64,000 nucleotides of DNA from the human T2T-CHM13v2.0 reference genome, Homo sapiens. Location: assembly GCF_009914755.1 (NCBI RefSeq), contig NC_060926.1; one strand, written 5' to 3'. The notes beneath the pieces are model-generated. The model made no database searches and had not been told where the DNA came from. It saw only the letters and a program-made list of their open reading frames with translations. The position numbers and the translations under genes are program-made. Of this stretch, positions 12,561 through 26,577 are shown one piece after another; the first letter of the stretch is position 1; each line of letters starts with the position of its first letter.

Positions 12561-13974
12561 AAGAAAAAATATGTATATCCACTTTAAAAAAAAGTATATC
12601 CACTTTACACAAAAGCCCTGTAATATTTTTAAAGACTTTTAAATAAAGAGAAGAAAATAACAAAAAAAAATCAAATTACAATGACAAAAAACTATATAAT
12701 TTTTTTATAGATCTCCCTCTGGAGTTTATGGAAATGTCAGTGGAATTAAGCCAGTTATTTCTTAGCTCCTTTCACTGACTCACTTCTTGTTGTACTGTTT
12801 AGAACGATCTCTGCCTAACTTTGTTGTTTAGGTTTTTGTTTCCAGGATAATGCTCATAGGTTTTCCCAACTTCTTGGTTGCCATCCTCTCTTTCTAGTGA
12901 TATAGCCAACAATGAAATTATGTAGCCACTAGTTATAGGTAACAGATCCAAAGAGAGCCAAGTAAGACTTGTATCTTCTCAGAAAACTACAGGCTTTCTA
13001 GATCTAAGGTCTTCTGGCTTCACCTAGAAAAGTCAATTTACTTAATTCCTTGATGCTTGACCTATGCTTTACTCCAATATTTTTTTAAAAATGGTTGTCA
13101 AGCACAGAGCTGGAAATTTGTCTCTATGGGACTGGAACATAGAAAGCTGGTGCTGGGCTTTGAGAAACCCTCACAAAAGAGGACAGAGACCAGGCACTCT
13201 AAGGAAGATGAAGATTATACACATTCTCTCAATCTGGGTGGGCCTCTTGCCCCTGCCATTCTCTCAGGCTGTAGAAAAGTGGAGACAATGAAAAGTAGTC
13301 AGCCCACTACCTGTGGCTAAGAGGAAAACAAATTCTTCTCATATGGTAGGAAGAATGCACCTGTACTGTATCAATGGAGAATTACCTGGGCATGATCAAG
13401 ATTAAAATAAATCTCATGGCAGAAACAAACAAATATTTAATGCAAAGTAAAAGGATCCAGCTTGGAAGAAATTATAGCTTAAAAATGAGATGGAAATACC
13501 TCACAGTTGCTTTAAGCTATAGATGAATTTAATAAGAATACAAATTCAAGGGATTTTAAAAATGAACTGAAAAATGAGTTGATCAAACAACAGTTTGAGA
13601 TCAAAAAGAAGATTGTCAGTCTGAGCAAAAAACAATTAAGGATGGATAACATTGTTCTCAGGCCATAAAATTCATTGGCTCTTCTCTCTTCTTTCAAATA
13701 AAATAGGGCTTAGGAACTCAGGAAATAAAGCAGACTCATTGTTTGAAGAGCTTCCCTAAGATACCACCTGTTTCCTGCTTTAAAGATAATACACCTTCTC
13801 TTCAAATTAGGAAAAGATCAAGGCTTCACGAAGACTTTGGTGGAAACTTGGCAAATGCACATGTGTGCCTGCACACACACTCACCAGTGGAAAGGAGTAA
13901 ATATTTGAGACCTATTGAAGAGTTAAAGTCTTTGTGTTCCTTCAGCAACATCACATAAAATGACAAGTATGCGC

Positions 13975-14455
13975 TGATCATTCTCACTGGCCAACCCCTC
14001 AATACCATTGCCACCACTACCATTCTCTGACCTTCTCTAATATGCTGTGGTCTGGGAAAGCTGACCCCTGAGGACTTATCACCCTTGTTCCTTTGTCCTT
14101 GGGCTTCCAGTTGGGCAGGAGATCAGAAGGTAGGAGGAGGGAGAGGCCAAGATGTTTTTTCTCCAGTTTTTCCCTGCTGCTTTGTAGGTCTCTGGCAGTA
14201 GATATAACACTCCACACTCTGCTGGTGTGAGAGGGGACCCTCCTTTCTGTGTTCATTGTCAGTTGACTCCAGGAACTCTACCTCCTCCCCTTGTGCCTGC
14301 AGCAGCTTCAAGCAGTGGTTAGTCTCTGGAATCTCACTATTGCTTATTTTTTTCTCTTAATCTCATTCTCACCTCAACAGTACTTCTTAATTTGTCTAAA
14401 TTTTAAGCAAATAGGGCAAATTCTGTTTCCTCACAGGATCCAAACTGAGTTGCAA
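13975..14455 (+). mobile_element. LTR33-like ERVL solo LTR
   Basis: ggcttccagttgggcaggagatcagaaggtaggaggagggagagg...tctgtttcctcacaggatccaaactga. Confidence 0.75.
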
Positions 14456-14469
14456 ATACAGATACTGAC

Positions 14470-15000
14470 TGGCCAAATTGAGAAAAATGAATAATTTCAA
14501 AGGAGCAAAGAAAATAAAAAAGGTTCTGATAAATATAGAATTGTTCTCATAGGGAAATGGCTAAAGATAATAATAGTGAATGTAAAAAAGAAAAGAAGGA
14601 AGAGAAGGAGGACCGATCTAAGAGATTAGGGGGAAACTAATATATAAGAGAGTTAGATAAAAAGGATCTAACATAGATACTGGGTTGTAAAGCACCAAAC
14701 AAATACAAAAAGTTATTTGAAAATATGAAACAAGAATAATTTCCCTGAATTGAAGGCAAATGCTGCAGACTGAAAGAACACACTGAATTTGAAAGAAATT
14801 TGACGCAGAGCAGTCAACGCCAATTTATATTCTAGTTAGGTTATTCTCCTTATGCTAGTTGTGCTACTATCAAGCATTAAGGAAAAGAATTCAAACAAAA
14901 AAGACCAAAAACGCCAATCACTATCACCGGGGAAGTAATCACACTGGCCTCAGATTCCTTGACAATTGGAGATTGGTTGTACCGATCTTCATGGTTCTGG
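14470..15000 (+). mobile_element. HAL1/L1M ORF1-like remnant
   Basis: aatttccctgaattgaag...gactgaaagaacacac...tcaacgccaatttatattctagt...aatcacactggcctcagattcc; a related A-rich piece lies at about 13400-13650. Confidence 0.55.
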
Positions 15001-15183
15001 GAGGAAATCATAGTTAATAGTACATTGTAATAGTCCTATTATGTTAAAAATAATTTTTAATAAAACTAGGAAGGTAGATAGAATGAGATGACAGAACATA
15101 TGTGACTGTTAATGTCCTCATCATTTATAGCAGGGAATCACTATTAAAACTGAGAACTTAAAAAAAAGACTCCAATTCCAACC

Positions 15184-15478
<295 letters not shown>

Positions 15479-15690
15479 CCTCCAATCTCTTAACATTTGT
15501 GTTTTTCCAAAATTTCTTCCACAGTCTTAGAGGAATATTTTACGTTGAAAGAAAAAAAAAATATTTATTTGAAGCTTACACTTTCATCAGGGTGTTTGGG
15601 AATTTTTGTTTGGTGTGTACGTATGCACATGTGTGTTTGGGTCATAAAGAAATTTGCTTGTTTCTTTTTCACTTTAAAAAAACATCTGTA

Positions 15691-16013
15691 GGCCAGGTGC
15701 AGTGGCTCACATCTGTAATCCCAGCACTTTGGGAGGCTGAGGCAGGCAGATCACCTAAGTCAGGAGTTTGACACCAGCCTGGCTGACAGAGCGAAACTCC
15801 GTCTCTACTAAAAATACAAAAATTAGCCAGGCAGGGTGGCACATGTCTATAGCCCCAGGTACTCAGGAGGCTGAGGCAGGAGAATGGCTTGAACCTAGGA
15901 GGCAGAGACTGCAGTAAGCTGAGATCGTGCCACTGCACTCCAGTCCAGATGACTGAGCAAGACTCCGTCTCAAAAACAAAACAAAACAAAACAAAACAAA
16001 ACAAAACAAAAAA
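15691..16013 (+). mobile_element. AluS with (CAAAA)n tail
   Basis: Full dimeric Alu; pentamer tail at 15971-16013. Confidence 0.93.
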
Positions 16014-16022
16014 ACTACAATA

Positions 16023-16315
16023 GGCCAGGCATGGTAGCTCACGCCTGTAATCCTAGCACTTTGGGAGGCCAAGGCAGCTGGATTGTTTGATTTCAGGAGT
16101 TCAAGACCAACCTGGGCAACATAGCTAAACCCCATCTCTACAAAATATTAAAAAATTGTCTCGGCATAATAACATGCACCTGCAGTCCCAGCTACCCCAG
16201 AGGGTTCCTTGAGCCCAGGAGTTCAAGGTGGTAGTAATCTATGATAGTGCCACTGCACCTCAGTCTGGGCTACAAAGTTAGACCCTGACTCTTTAAAAAA
16301 AAAAAAAAAAAAAAA
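16023..16315 (+). mobile_element. AluJ, in tandem with the preceding Alu
   Basis: ctgggcaacatagc, ttgagcccaggagttcaagg, gaccctgactc; internal deletion in the right arm; A tail. Confidence 0.9.
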
Positions 16316-16640
16316 GTCGTCTATAATATAATCATATTTTAAAGCATTTCCTTCCTGTCTAGCTGTCTATTTTTTAAAGAAACATGCCTGGATAAAGTTC
16401 ATCTAATATTAACCAAGTTTCTTCTTATGTGGTGAGATTTAACTGATTTTTAAATCTCTATGTTTGTACTTTTTGCAGTGTTTGAATTCCTTCTAAAAAT
16501 ACACTTAGTATTTACAAGAAAAGATAGAATAATTTATTTTATTAAAAATAAGACTGTAAACAAGACAAAATATTAACCAACAACTATAAATCTCTTTATG
16601 GAGGGATATGAATCATCTTAGTGTCCTTCTTTTACTTTTT

Positions 16641-17787
16641 TCTGATTGACAAATAATAATTCTATATATTTATGGGGTAGAATGTGATGTTTCAATACAT
16701 GTATACATTGGGAGATGATCAAATCAGGGTAATTAGCATACCCGTTACCCCAAATGCTTATCATTTCTTTGTGGTGAGAACATTTAAAAACTTCTCTTTT
16801 AGTTATTTTGAAATATTTAATACATTAACTATCGTTACCTTGCTGTGCAACAGAGCAGCTAGAACTTATTCCTCCCAGCTGTAACTTTGTACCTGTTGAC
16901 AAATGCCTCTCCTTTTGTCCATCTACCTCCCCCAACCCAAGCCCCTGGTAACCATCATTCTGCTCCCTACTTCTATTTTTTTCTTTTTTTTTTTTAATTT
17001 TAGCATCAGAATTACTTGCAAATCTGCTCTCTCCTTCTATGAGCTTGCCTTTTTTAGATTTTACGTATACATAAGATCACATGGTATTTGTCTCTCTGTG
17101 CCTGACTCATTTCACTTAACACAATATCCCCTAGGTTCATCCATGTTGTTGAAAATGACAGAATTTCAGTTTATTTTTTAAGGACGAATAGTATTCCATT
17201 ATGTACATATACCACATTTTAAAAATCTATTCATCCCTTGATGGAAAGTTAGGTTGTTTCCATATCTCGGCTATTGTGAATAATGCTGCAATGAACATGA
17301 AGTGCAGATGTCTCTTTGGCATACTGATTTTAAATCCTGTGAGTATATACCCAGTAGTGAGATTGCTGGATCATATGGTAATTCTATTTTTAGTTTTTAA
17401 AGAAATCTTTATATTATTTTCAAAATGTCTACTAATTTACAATACCACCAAGAGTGTATAAGGGTTCCCTTTTCTCCACATCCTCACCAACACTTATTAT
17501 CTTTTATGTTTCTGATAATAGTCAATCTACAATTGTGAGGTGATATCTCATTGTGGTTTTAATTCGCATTTCTCTGATGATTAAAGATGTTGAGCATTTT
17601 TTTCATGTATCTGTTGGCCACTTTAAGAAGTGTCTATTCAAGTCCTTTGCCCATTTTTAAATAGAGTTGTTTTCTTGTTATTGAGTAGTTTGGGTTATTT
17701 ATACATTTTGGATATTGGCTCCTTATCCCATATGTGATTTGCAAATATTTTCTCCCAATCTGTGGATTGTCTCTTCTCTCTATTAAG
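16641..17787 (-). mobile_element. L1MA-type 3' fragment (about L1MA5-9)
   Basis: gatcaaatcagggtaattagcata 3'UTR; perfect 15-bp TSD cttcttttacttttt at 16626-16640 and 17788-17802. Confidence 0.9.
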
Positions 17788-17937
17788 CTTCTTTTACTTT
17801 TTAATAAAAGTTTGTTTCATGTCTTTGCAAAACAAGGTTCCAGACTTCATTTGAGAATATGCAGGGAAGTTCAATAATTTGTGACAGCATATTGCAGGGT
17901 AAAGAGTACTCAAGCTTTAGATTGAACCTAAGTTAAA

Positions 17938-18352
17938 TATCAATTATCTATTGTTATGTAGTAAATCACTCCAAACTTAGGTAGCATAAAATGACTACTA
18001 TTTTATATACTTATGACTTTGTGGGTCAAGTAGTTAGGCAATGTACAATGATAATAACTTGTTTCTGTTCTTTGATATCTGGGACCTCACCTGAGGTTAC
18101 TTAAATATCCAAGAGCTGGCTGGAATGGCTCAATGGAGGCCATATGTCTGGAGTCTTGGTTCTGACTCTTAGCTTGGGCTCCTCATATTATGGTAGTCTC
18201 AAGGTTCCAAGAGGAAGCATTACAAAGAAGACAAACTCCCTAAGTCCAAGTGCTTAGTAAGCCTCTATTAATATCATGCTTGCTAATGTCCCATTGGCAA
18301 AAGCAAGTCCCAACGTCAAACCTAGACTCAATGTGGGAAGGGCATACACAAG
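17938..18352 (-). mobile_element. MLT1 LTR nested inside a MIR
   Basis: tctattgttatgtagtaaatcactccaaacttag...tgctaatgtcccattggcaaaagcaagtc; MIR head at about 17885-17937 and MIR body at about 18360-18540. Confidence 0.75.
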
Positions 18353-19374
18353 AAATTTGGATCTTGGCTCTATCATTTTTGACCTTGACAAGTAATTTTA
18401 TTTCCCTGAGTCTCAAAAGAGTTTTCTTTTCTGTAAAATGATGATAACAATACCCAATTCACTTGGTTTAAGGGATTAAATGAGACAAAAGTATAGCTAA
18501 CAGAGAACCTAAGAAATAGTACATGTTTAATAGATATTAATTTTCATAATACTTATTATAAAAACATAAAGGGTACTTTTGTTTAAAAATGGTTGCACAG
18601 CTTATAAACTTACCTTTTGAATAAGTTTTATACAGTTTTGATTAGCACCATTTTAAATCTGTTTTTCAGTGTTTTTATTTACTTTGGGTCCCCCACACAA
18701 ATTCTGTAAGTCCTTCTATGCAATGGTTACCTTATTTTCTATTTCCTTTGTTTCTCATCTTAACTTTTATTTTTATAGGCTTCTAATCAAAAGTACATTT
18801 TCCATTAAACTACTTGGAGGACATCTTATTTGATCTTCATGCAACCTTATGATATAGATAAAGAAAGTACTATCTTCACTTCACAGTTGGGGAAATTATG
18901 GCTGAGAAGGGTTAAATTAATATCTAAGATCATCCATTAGCATAGGCAAGACTATGTCCAAAGTCTCAGTCTTCCCAGTCTTCAGAGCTGTAGACCATAA
19001 TATATCTTTCTAAATTCTCATGAGCCTCTTAAGAAATCTTTGTGAACATTCCAGAAATGTTATCATTGCAATGTTTCTACAATCTTTTCATATGTTGATT
19101 TACTGTCTAATAATAGAAACAGAATCCACCATAGTTAAGAGAACCTAACTTACTTTCTCCAGATATCAGATGCAAACCTGTTATAATATTAGTATGTATT
19201 TAACATTGTAAGAATATGCAGGAAACTTCTGGCTGTAAAAGGGCTCTTTTCTTTGTATTCAAATAAAAAAGGACTTAGAAGCTCACCGATTAACTGGAGA
19301 GTGTTGAAGGGAGACTCCTTAGAATATACCTGTTTCTGCTTTGTTTCCTTTAATTAAGAAAGATCAAGGTCTCA

Positions 19375-19812
<438 letters not shown>

Positions 19813-19884
19813 TCAAATGTTAAATTCTGTATAATCTTTTACAAAAGTAACACAAAGATTGAGGAGGAGTACAAGATTTTGTGT

Positions 19885-20300
19885 ACCAATTAGAGATCTT
19901 CAGTTGCAATGAAAAAGGCTAATACTGGCAAACTTGAAAAATAAAAAAGGACTTACAGGAAGGATATGGGTGGCTCACAGAAGCAAAGTAATAACTGCCG
20001 AAGTGTGCTCAGCAAAGAACCCAGGGATGCAGGTAGCAAGAGCCAAGTAGCAGGAACTACTCTGTGGTTTTATTAGGTCACCTCTGTGGGGATGAATTAG
20101 CTCTGTTTTTCCCATCTTTATATCACTCTTTTTAAAAGTTAAATCTTGAGCAAGAATGTTTGGTTGGTCCTTATACTCACCCCTTGGCCAGGTGAGGACA
20201 GGGGACTTTGACAGTTAATAAGACTACAAACATTGGGCAAAAGGTAACTCAAGAAAGGAAATCATCGTATTATAACAAGAAGAAAAGAATGCTGGACCAC
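19885..20300 (-). mobile_element. MLT1 LTR, old subfamily
   Basis: cagttgcaatgaaaaaggctaatactggcaaactt...ggaaggatatgggtggctcacagaa...gaatgctggac. Confidence 0.6.
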
Positions 20301-22049
20301 TAAAAATTAAATTACAGACCAAAATGTCTTGTTTAGATTTAAAACATTTTATAGAAGGAGATATTTGCCCCAGATAAACCCAGTAGCTAAGCTGATTTAA
20401 GATTATCCCATTTAATCATTACAGAGACTTACATTAGAAAGTTCTCAGTACATCAGGTTAGAATAATTTTATATTATTCTCTTAGTATGCTACTTACAGT
20501 TATCTGTTTTATTGTTATTAAACCTGTCACTTAAAAACATAAGCAGCACAATATAGTTCATTCCAAACTACACTTTCTTTCATCTCATAATTACATTAGA
20601 AAACACTAAGCCTTCTGCTACAATGAGATAATACAATTCCTAGATGTTCAAAGACACATGGCAAACAACGCCTAAAAGGCAATGTTATCTTACAGTTAAA
20701 TATGCCTACCTCTGAGGGTTTTACCACTGCTAACGTGCTTTTAGAATTCTGAAAGAGATGTACTATAAGAATGTCAGTGATTGGCAAATCATTACATACC
20801 AAATACCTAGAGAAAAATGATAGTAAGAATTCAAAACAAGATAGTGAGTATATTTTGAAATGAATTTTGAAAAACATACATGGAAATTAAAACCTTTTCT
20901 GCAAACTGCCATAACTTTTTTCCTTGATTATAATGAGACATTGGCAGAACTAAGTATTTGATATCTATAATCATTTAAAAGACGAAAAAAATGGCAGATA
21001 GGAGACAGGACTAACTTGCAGCTCCACCTGAGATGGATAGAACAGCACGTGGAGACTCATATTGTGAACTTTTGCTCTAAAAACTACCACAGGAACATAT
21101 CAGAAAAACCAAAAGAATACAAGAGACCCTTTGAAAGAAGCAGGTTGCTGCTACAAACTCCGTGAGACAGCCAAAAAACTGAGTGCCCAAAGTGTGAGAG
21201 GGGAAAGTCCACCTTCTAACACACACTCTCACTGGGGAACCTGTCAATCCAGATCACAGGAGAAAGATCTAACCTTACCTAGATCTGAAACAAATGTAGA
21301 GAGCCAAGAGAAATACAAAAGTAGAAGAAGCAGTGGGAAGAGCCCTTTAGGCACTGCCAGTCCTCAGGGAAGCCATTTCTGATTTTATCTCACAGGGATC
21401 CCTGGGGAGGGCTGCCAGTGGAAATGGGGGAAGGATCCCAGGGAGAAGGAAACTTCTAGCAGATCTCTGTAATAATTATGACCGAACACGAATTTTCCTG
21501 GACACAATTGGGTGGGTGGGGGCAAAAGGGAAATGCAAATAGGAGCACAGAAGCCATGGCCAGTAGGTAGGGGTGGGGCCTGAAAGCCCTGCTTACTTTC
21601 TTAGCAGGAAAGCTTGTAGCCTGGGGCAAGATCTCAGCCCTGCTCACAGGCTGCCTGGATATGCTGTTGATGGGGCATGATGGGAGTGAGATTGGCCTTG
21701 CTGGCTGCATGGGAGTTGGGTGATGCCTGTCACTGCTAGCTTTCCCCTACTTCCCTGGTGATCTGTATGAAACAGAAGAGGCAGCCATAATCTCCCTGAG
21801 AATATAACTCCATTGGCCTGAGAACCACAGCCCCCATACCCCAGGGCAGCTGCAGCAAGCCCTGCCCAAGGAGAGTCTGAGCTCACACCACCTAAACCTG
21901 CCCCTACATGATGGTCTTTCTCTACCAGCCCTGGTATCCAAAGACAAAAGATATAATCTCTTGGGACCTCTATGGCCCCACCCAACACCTGAGAAACCGG
22001 AATACTTATTCAGGCAACCTTAGGGCAAGCTTGTATCAGCTGATGCTCT

Positions 22050-22358
22050 TTTTTTTTTTTTTTTTTTTTTTTTCTGAGATAGAGTTTCGCTCTTATTCCT
22101 CAGGCTGGAGTGCAATGGCACGATCTTGGCTTACCGCAACCTCTGCCTCCCGGGTTCAAGAGATTCTCCTGCCTCAGCCTTCCCGAGTAGCTGGAATTAT
22201 AGGCATGCACCACCATGCCCAGCTAATTTTGTATTTTTAGTAGAGACGGGGTTTCTCCATGTTGGTCAGGCTGGTCTCGAACTCCTGACCTCAGGTGATC
22301 CACCCACCTTGGCCTCCTAAAGTGCTGGGATTACAGGAGTGAGCCACTGTGCCTGGTC
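22050..22358 (-). mobile_element. AluSp in the L1PB 5'UTR
   Basis: ttaccgcaac and tttctccatgttggtcagg diagnostics; TSD cagctgatg(c/t)tct at 22037-22049 and 22359-22371. Confidence 0.93.
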
Positions 22359-22759
22359 CAGCTGATGTTCTCTTGAAAGCACCATCTCCTGGCTGGAGAC
22401 CAACCAATGGCTAGCAAAACTAGCACTCAAGAAAACCAGTGCACTAAACACAACTACAACCAAGGACCTTCACAGAGTCCACGACACTCCCTTACTACCT
22501 CCACTGGAGCAGGTGCTGATGGCCATGGCTGAAAGACCTGAAAACCAATCACATCACAGGACTCTTTGCAGATACTCCCCAGTACCAGCCCAGAGTCTGG
22601 CAGCCCCACTGGGTGGCTAGTCTCAGAAGAGCAATAACAATCACTGCAGTGCAGCTCTCAGGAATCCCCATCTCTAGGGAAGGGGGAGAACAATGGGACA
22701 AAAGAATCTGAACAGCAGCCCTTGAGTCCCAGATCTTTCCTCTGACATAGTCTACCCAA

Positions 22760-23760
22760 ATGAGAAGGAACCAGAAAAACAATTCTGGTAATATGACAAA
22801 GCAAGGTTCTTTAACACCCTCAAAAGATGACTTTAGCTCACCAGCAATGGATCCAAACCAAGAAGAAATTTTTGAATTGCCAGTAAAAGAATTGAGACTG
22901 TTGATTATTAAGCTACTCAAGGAGGCACTAGAGAATGGTGAAAACCAACTTAAAGAAATTAAAAAAAAAATACAGGATATGGATGAAAAAATCGCCAGAG
23001 AAATAGCATAAATAAAAAACAATTAAAACTTCTGGAAATGAAAGACATACTTAGAGAAATGCAAAATACACTGGAAAATCTCAAAAACAGAATCAAACAA
23101 GTAGAAGAAAAAAAACTTCCAAGTTTGAAGACAAGGCATTTGAATTAACCCAATCTAACAAAGACAAAGAAAAAAGAATAAAAAAAAAAAAAAGAAAGAA
23201 CGAAGCCTCTAAGAAGTCTGGGATTATGCTAAATGACCAAACCTAAAAATAATTGGTGTTTCTGAGGAAGATGAGAAATCTAAAAGTTTGGAAAACATAT
23301 TTGAGGGAATCAGTCAAAGAAAATTTCCCTGGCCTTGCTAGAGAACTAGACATCCAAATTCAAGAGGCTCAAAGAACACCAGGTAAATTCATCACAAAAA
23401 GATCATCACCTAGGCACATAGTCATCAGATTATCTAAATTCAAGATGAAGGCAAGAATCTTAAGAGCTGTGAGGCAAAAGCAACAGGTAACCTATAAAGG
23501 AAAACCTATCAGATTAACAGCAGATTTCTCAGCAGAAACCCTACAAGCTAGAAGGGATTGGGGTCTTATCTTTAGCCTCCTTGAACAAAACAATTTTCAG
23601 CCAAGAAGTTTATATCCAGTGAAACTGAGGTTCATAAAGGAAGGAAAGATAAAGTCTTTTTCAGACAAACAAATGCTGAGAGAATTCACCACTACCAGTG
23701 CCAACTGGTAGACTACATACACTACAAGAGCTGCTAAAAGGAGATCGACATCTTGAAACA
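22760..23760 (+). pseudogene. L1 ORF1p remnant (frameshifts and stops)
   Basis: MRRNQKNNSGNMTKQGSLTP...; ENFPGLARELDIQIQEAQRTP...PRHIVIRLSK...GKPIRLTADFSAETLQARRDW. Confidence 0.9.
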
Positions 23761-25024
23761 AAACCTCAAAACAGAAAAAACAGAACCTCCTTAAAACATA
23801 AATCTCACAGGGCCTATAATACAATACACAATGAAACAAAAAGGTATTTAGGCAACAACTAGCATGATGAGTAGAATAGTATCTCACATCTCAATACTAA
23901 CATTGAATGTACATGGCCTAAATGTTCCACTTAAAACATACAGAATGGCAGAATGGATAAGAATTCATCAACAAAGTATCTTGTTGTCTTCAACAGACTC
24001 ACCTGACACATAAGGACTCAGAAAAACTTAAAGTAAAGTGGTGGGAAAAGATATTCCATGCAAATGGACACCAAAAGTGAGCAGGAGTAGCTATTCTCAT
24101 ATCAGACAAAACAGACTTTAAAGGAACAACAGTTAAAAAAGACAAAGAGGGACATAATGATAGAAGAACTAGTCCAACAAGAAAATATCACAATCCTAAA
24201 TATATAAGCACCTAACACTGGAGCTCCCAAATTTATAAAACAATTACTACTAGACCTAAGAAATGAGGTAGATCGCAACACAATAATAGTAGGGGACTTC
24301 AATACTCCATTGACTGCACTAGACAGGTCATCAAGACAGAAAAGTCAAGAAAGAAACAATGGACTTAAACTATACCCTAAAACAAATTGACTTAACAAGT
24401 ATTTACAGAACTTTCTACCCAACAACTGCAGAATATACATTCTATTCATCAGCACATGGAACATTTTCTAAGATAGACCAAGGTGTATCTTGTATCAGCT
24501 GAAGCTCTCTTGAAAGCTCCACCTCCTGGCTGGATAGACCTTGTTTTGTGGCTAATACCATATAGGTCACAAAACAAGACTCAATAGATTTAAGAAAATC
24601 AAAATTATATCAAGTACTCTCTCAGACCACAGTGGAATAAAATCGGACATCAACTCCAAAGGAACCCTCAAAATCATGCAAATAAATGGAAATTAAATAA
24701 TCTGCTCCTGAATGATTGTTGGGTCAATGAAATGAAGATGGAAATTAAAAATTATTTGAGCTGAACAATAATAGTGACATAACCTATCAAAACCTCTGGG
24801 ATACATCAAAAGCAGTGCTAAGAAGAAAGCTCATAGCATTAAATGTCTACATCAAAAAGTCTGAAGGAGCATAAATAGACAATCTAAGGTTATATTTCAA
24901 GGAACTAGGGAAACAAGAAAAAAACAAACTCAAACCCAGCAGAAGAAAAAAATAAAAAGGATCAGAGCAGAACTAAATGAAACTGAATCAAAAAAATCTG
25001 TAAGACAAATGAAACAAAAAACTG

Positions 25025-25335
25025 TTTTTTTTTTTATTTTCTTTTTCAGATGGAGTCTCTCTGTCGCCCAGGCTGCAGTGAGGTGGCATGATCTCGGCTC
25101 ACTACAATCTCTGCCTCCTGGGTTCAAGCAATTCTCCCTGCCTCAGTCTCCCAAGTAGCTGGGATTACAGGCACCTGGACCATGTCCGGCTAATTTTTTT
25201 TTTTTTTTTTTTTTTAGTAGAGACAGGGATTTGCTATGTTGCCCAGGCTGGTACCGAACTCCCGACCTCAGGTGATCTGCCCTCCGCAGCCTCCCAGTGT
25301 GCTGGGATTACAGGCGTGAGCTACTGTGCCTGACC
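25025..25335 (-). mobile_element. AluS in the L1PB ORF2
   Basis: Full dimer with an expanded mid T tract; TSD-like aacaaaa(aa)ctg. Confidence 0.92.
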
Positions 25336-26525
25336 AACAAAACTGGTTTTCTGAAAAGATAAAGAAAATTGATAGACCATTAGTGTGATTAACCAAGAAA
25401 AGAAGAGAGAAGATCCAAATAAGCTAAATTAGAAATGAAATGGGAGATATTACAACTGATACCACAGAAATACAAAAGATTATTCAAGTCTACCATGGAC
25501 ACCTGTATACGCACAAACGAGAAAACCTAGAGGAGATGGATACATTCCTGGAAAGATATAATTCTTCTAGTTTAAACCAGGAAGAAATATAAACTGTGAA
25601 CAAACCAATAACAAGCAGCAAAATAGAAATGGTAATTTTTAAAATCACCACCAAAAAAAGACCAGGACCAAATAGATTCAGAGCTAAATTCTATCAGACA
25701 TTCAAAGAAGAATTGGTACCAATCTTATTGACACTATCCCAAAAGATAAAGAGGGAATCCTCCCTAATTTCATTCTATGAAGCCAGTATCACCCTAATAC
25801 CAAAACCAGGAAACGGCATAACAAGAAAAGAAAACTACATACCAATATCCCTGATGACTATAGATGCAAAAATCCTCAACAAAATACTAGCTAACCAAAT
25901 ACAACAGCATATCGAAAAGATAATCCATCACGATCAAGCGGGTTTTATACCAGGCATGCAGGGATGATTTAACATACACTAGTCAATAAATGTGATACAC
26001 CACAAAGGATTAAAAACAAAAATCACATGATAACCTCAACAGACGCAGAAAAATCATTTGACAAAATCCAGCATCCTTTTATATTAAAACTCTCAGCAAA
26101 ATTGGCGTAGAAGAGACATTTCTTAAGGCAATCAATGCCATCTATAACAAACCCACAGCCAACATTATACTGAATGAGGAGAAGTTGAAAGCATTCCCCC
26201 TGAGAACTAGAACAAGACAAAGATGTCCACTCTCACCATTTCTATTCAACATAGTACTGGAAGTCCTAGCCAGAGAAGTCAGACAAGAGAAAGAAACGGC
26301 ATTCAAATTGGTAAAGAGGAAGTCAAATCATCGCTGTTCACTGATGATATAATTGTATACTTGGAAAACCATAAAGACATGTCCAAAAAGCTTCCACATC
26401 TGATAAATGAATTCAGGAAAATTTCAGGATACAAAATCAATATACACAAATCAGTAGCACCGCTATACACCAACAGAGGCCAAACTGAGAACCAAGTCAA
26501 GAACTCAATCTCTTTTATGATAGCT

Positions 26526-26562
<37 letters not shown>

Positions 26563-26577
26563 ACTTAGGAATATACC

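Noticed and set aside
26528-26560. A33 run inside L1 ORF2
   Set aside because: Expansion of a native A tract; no TSD or element body.
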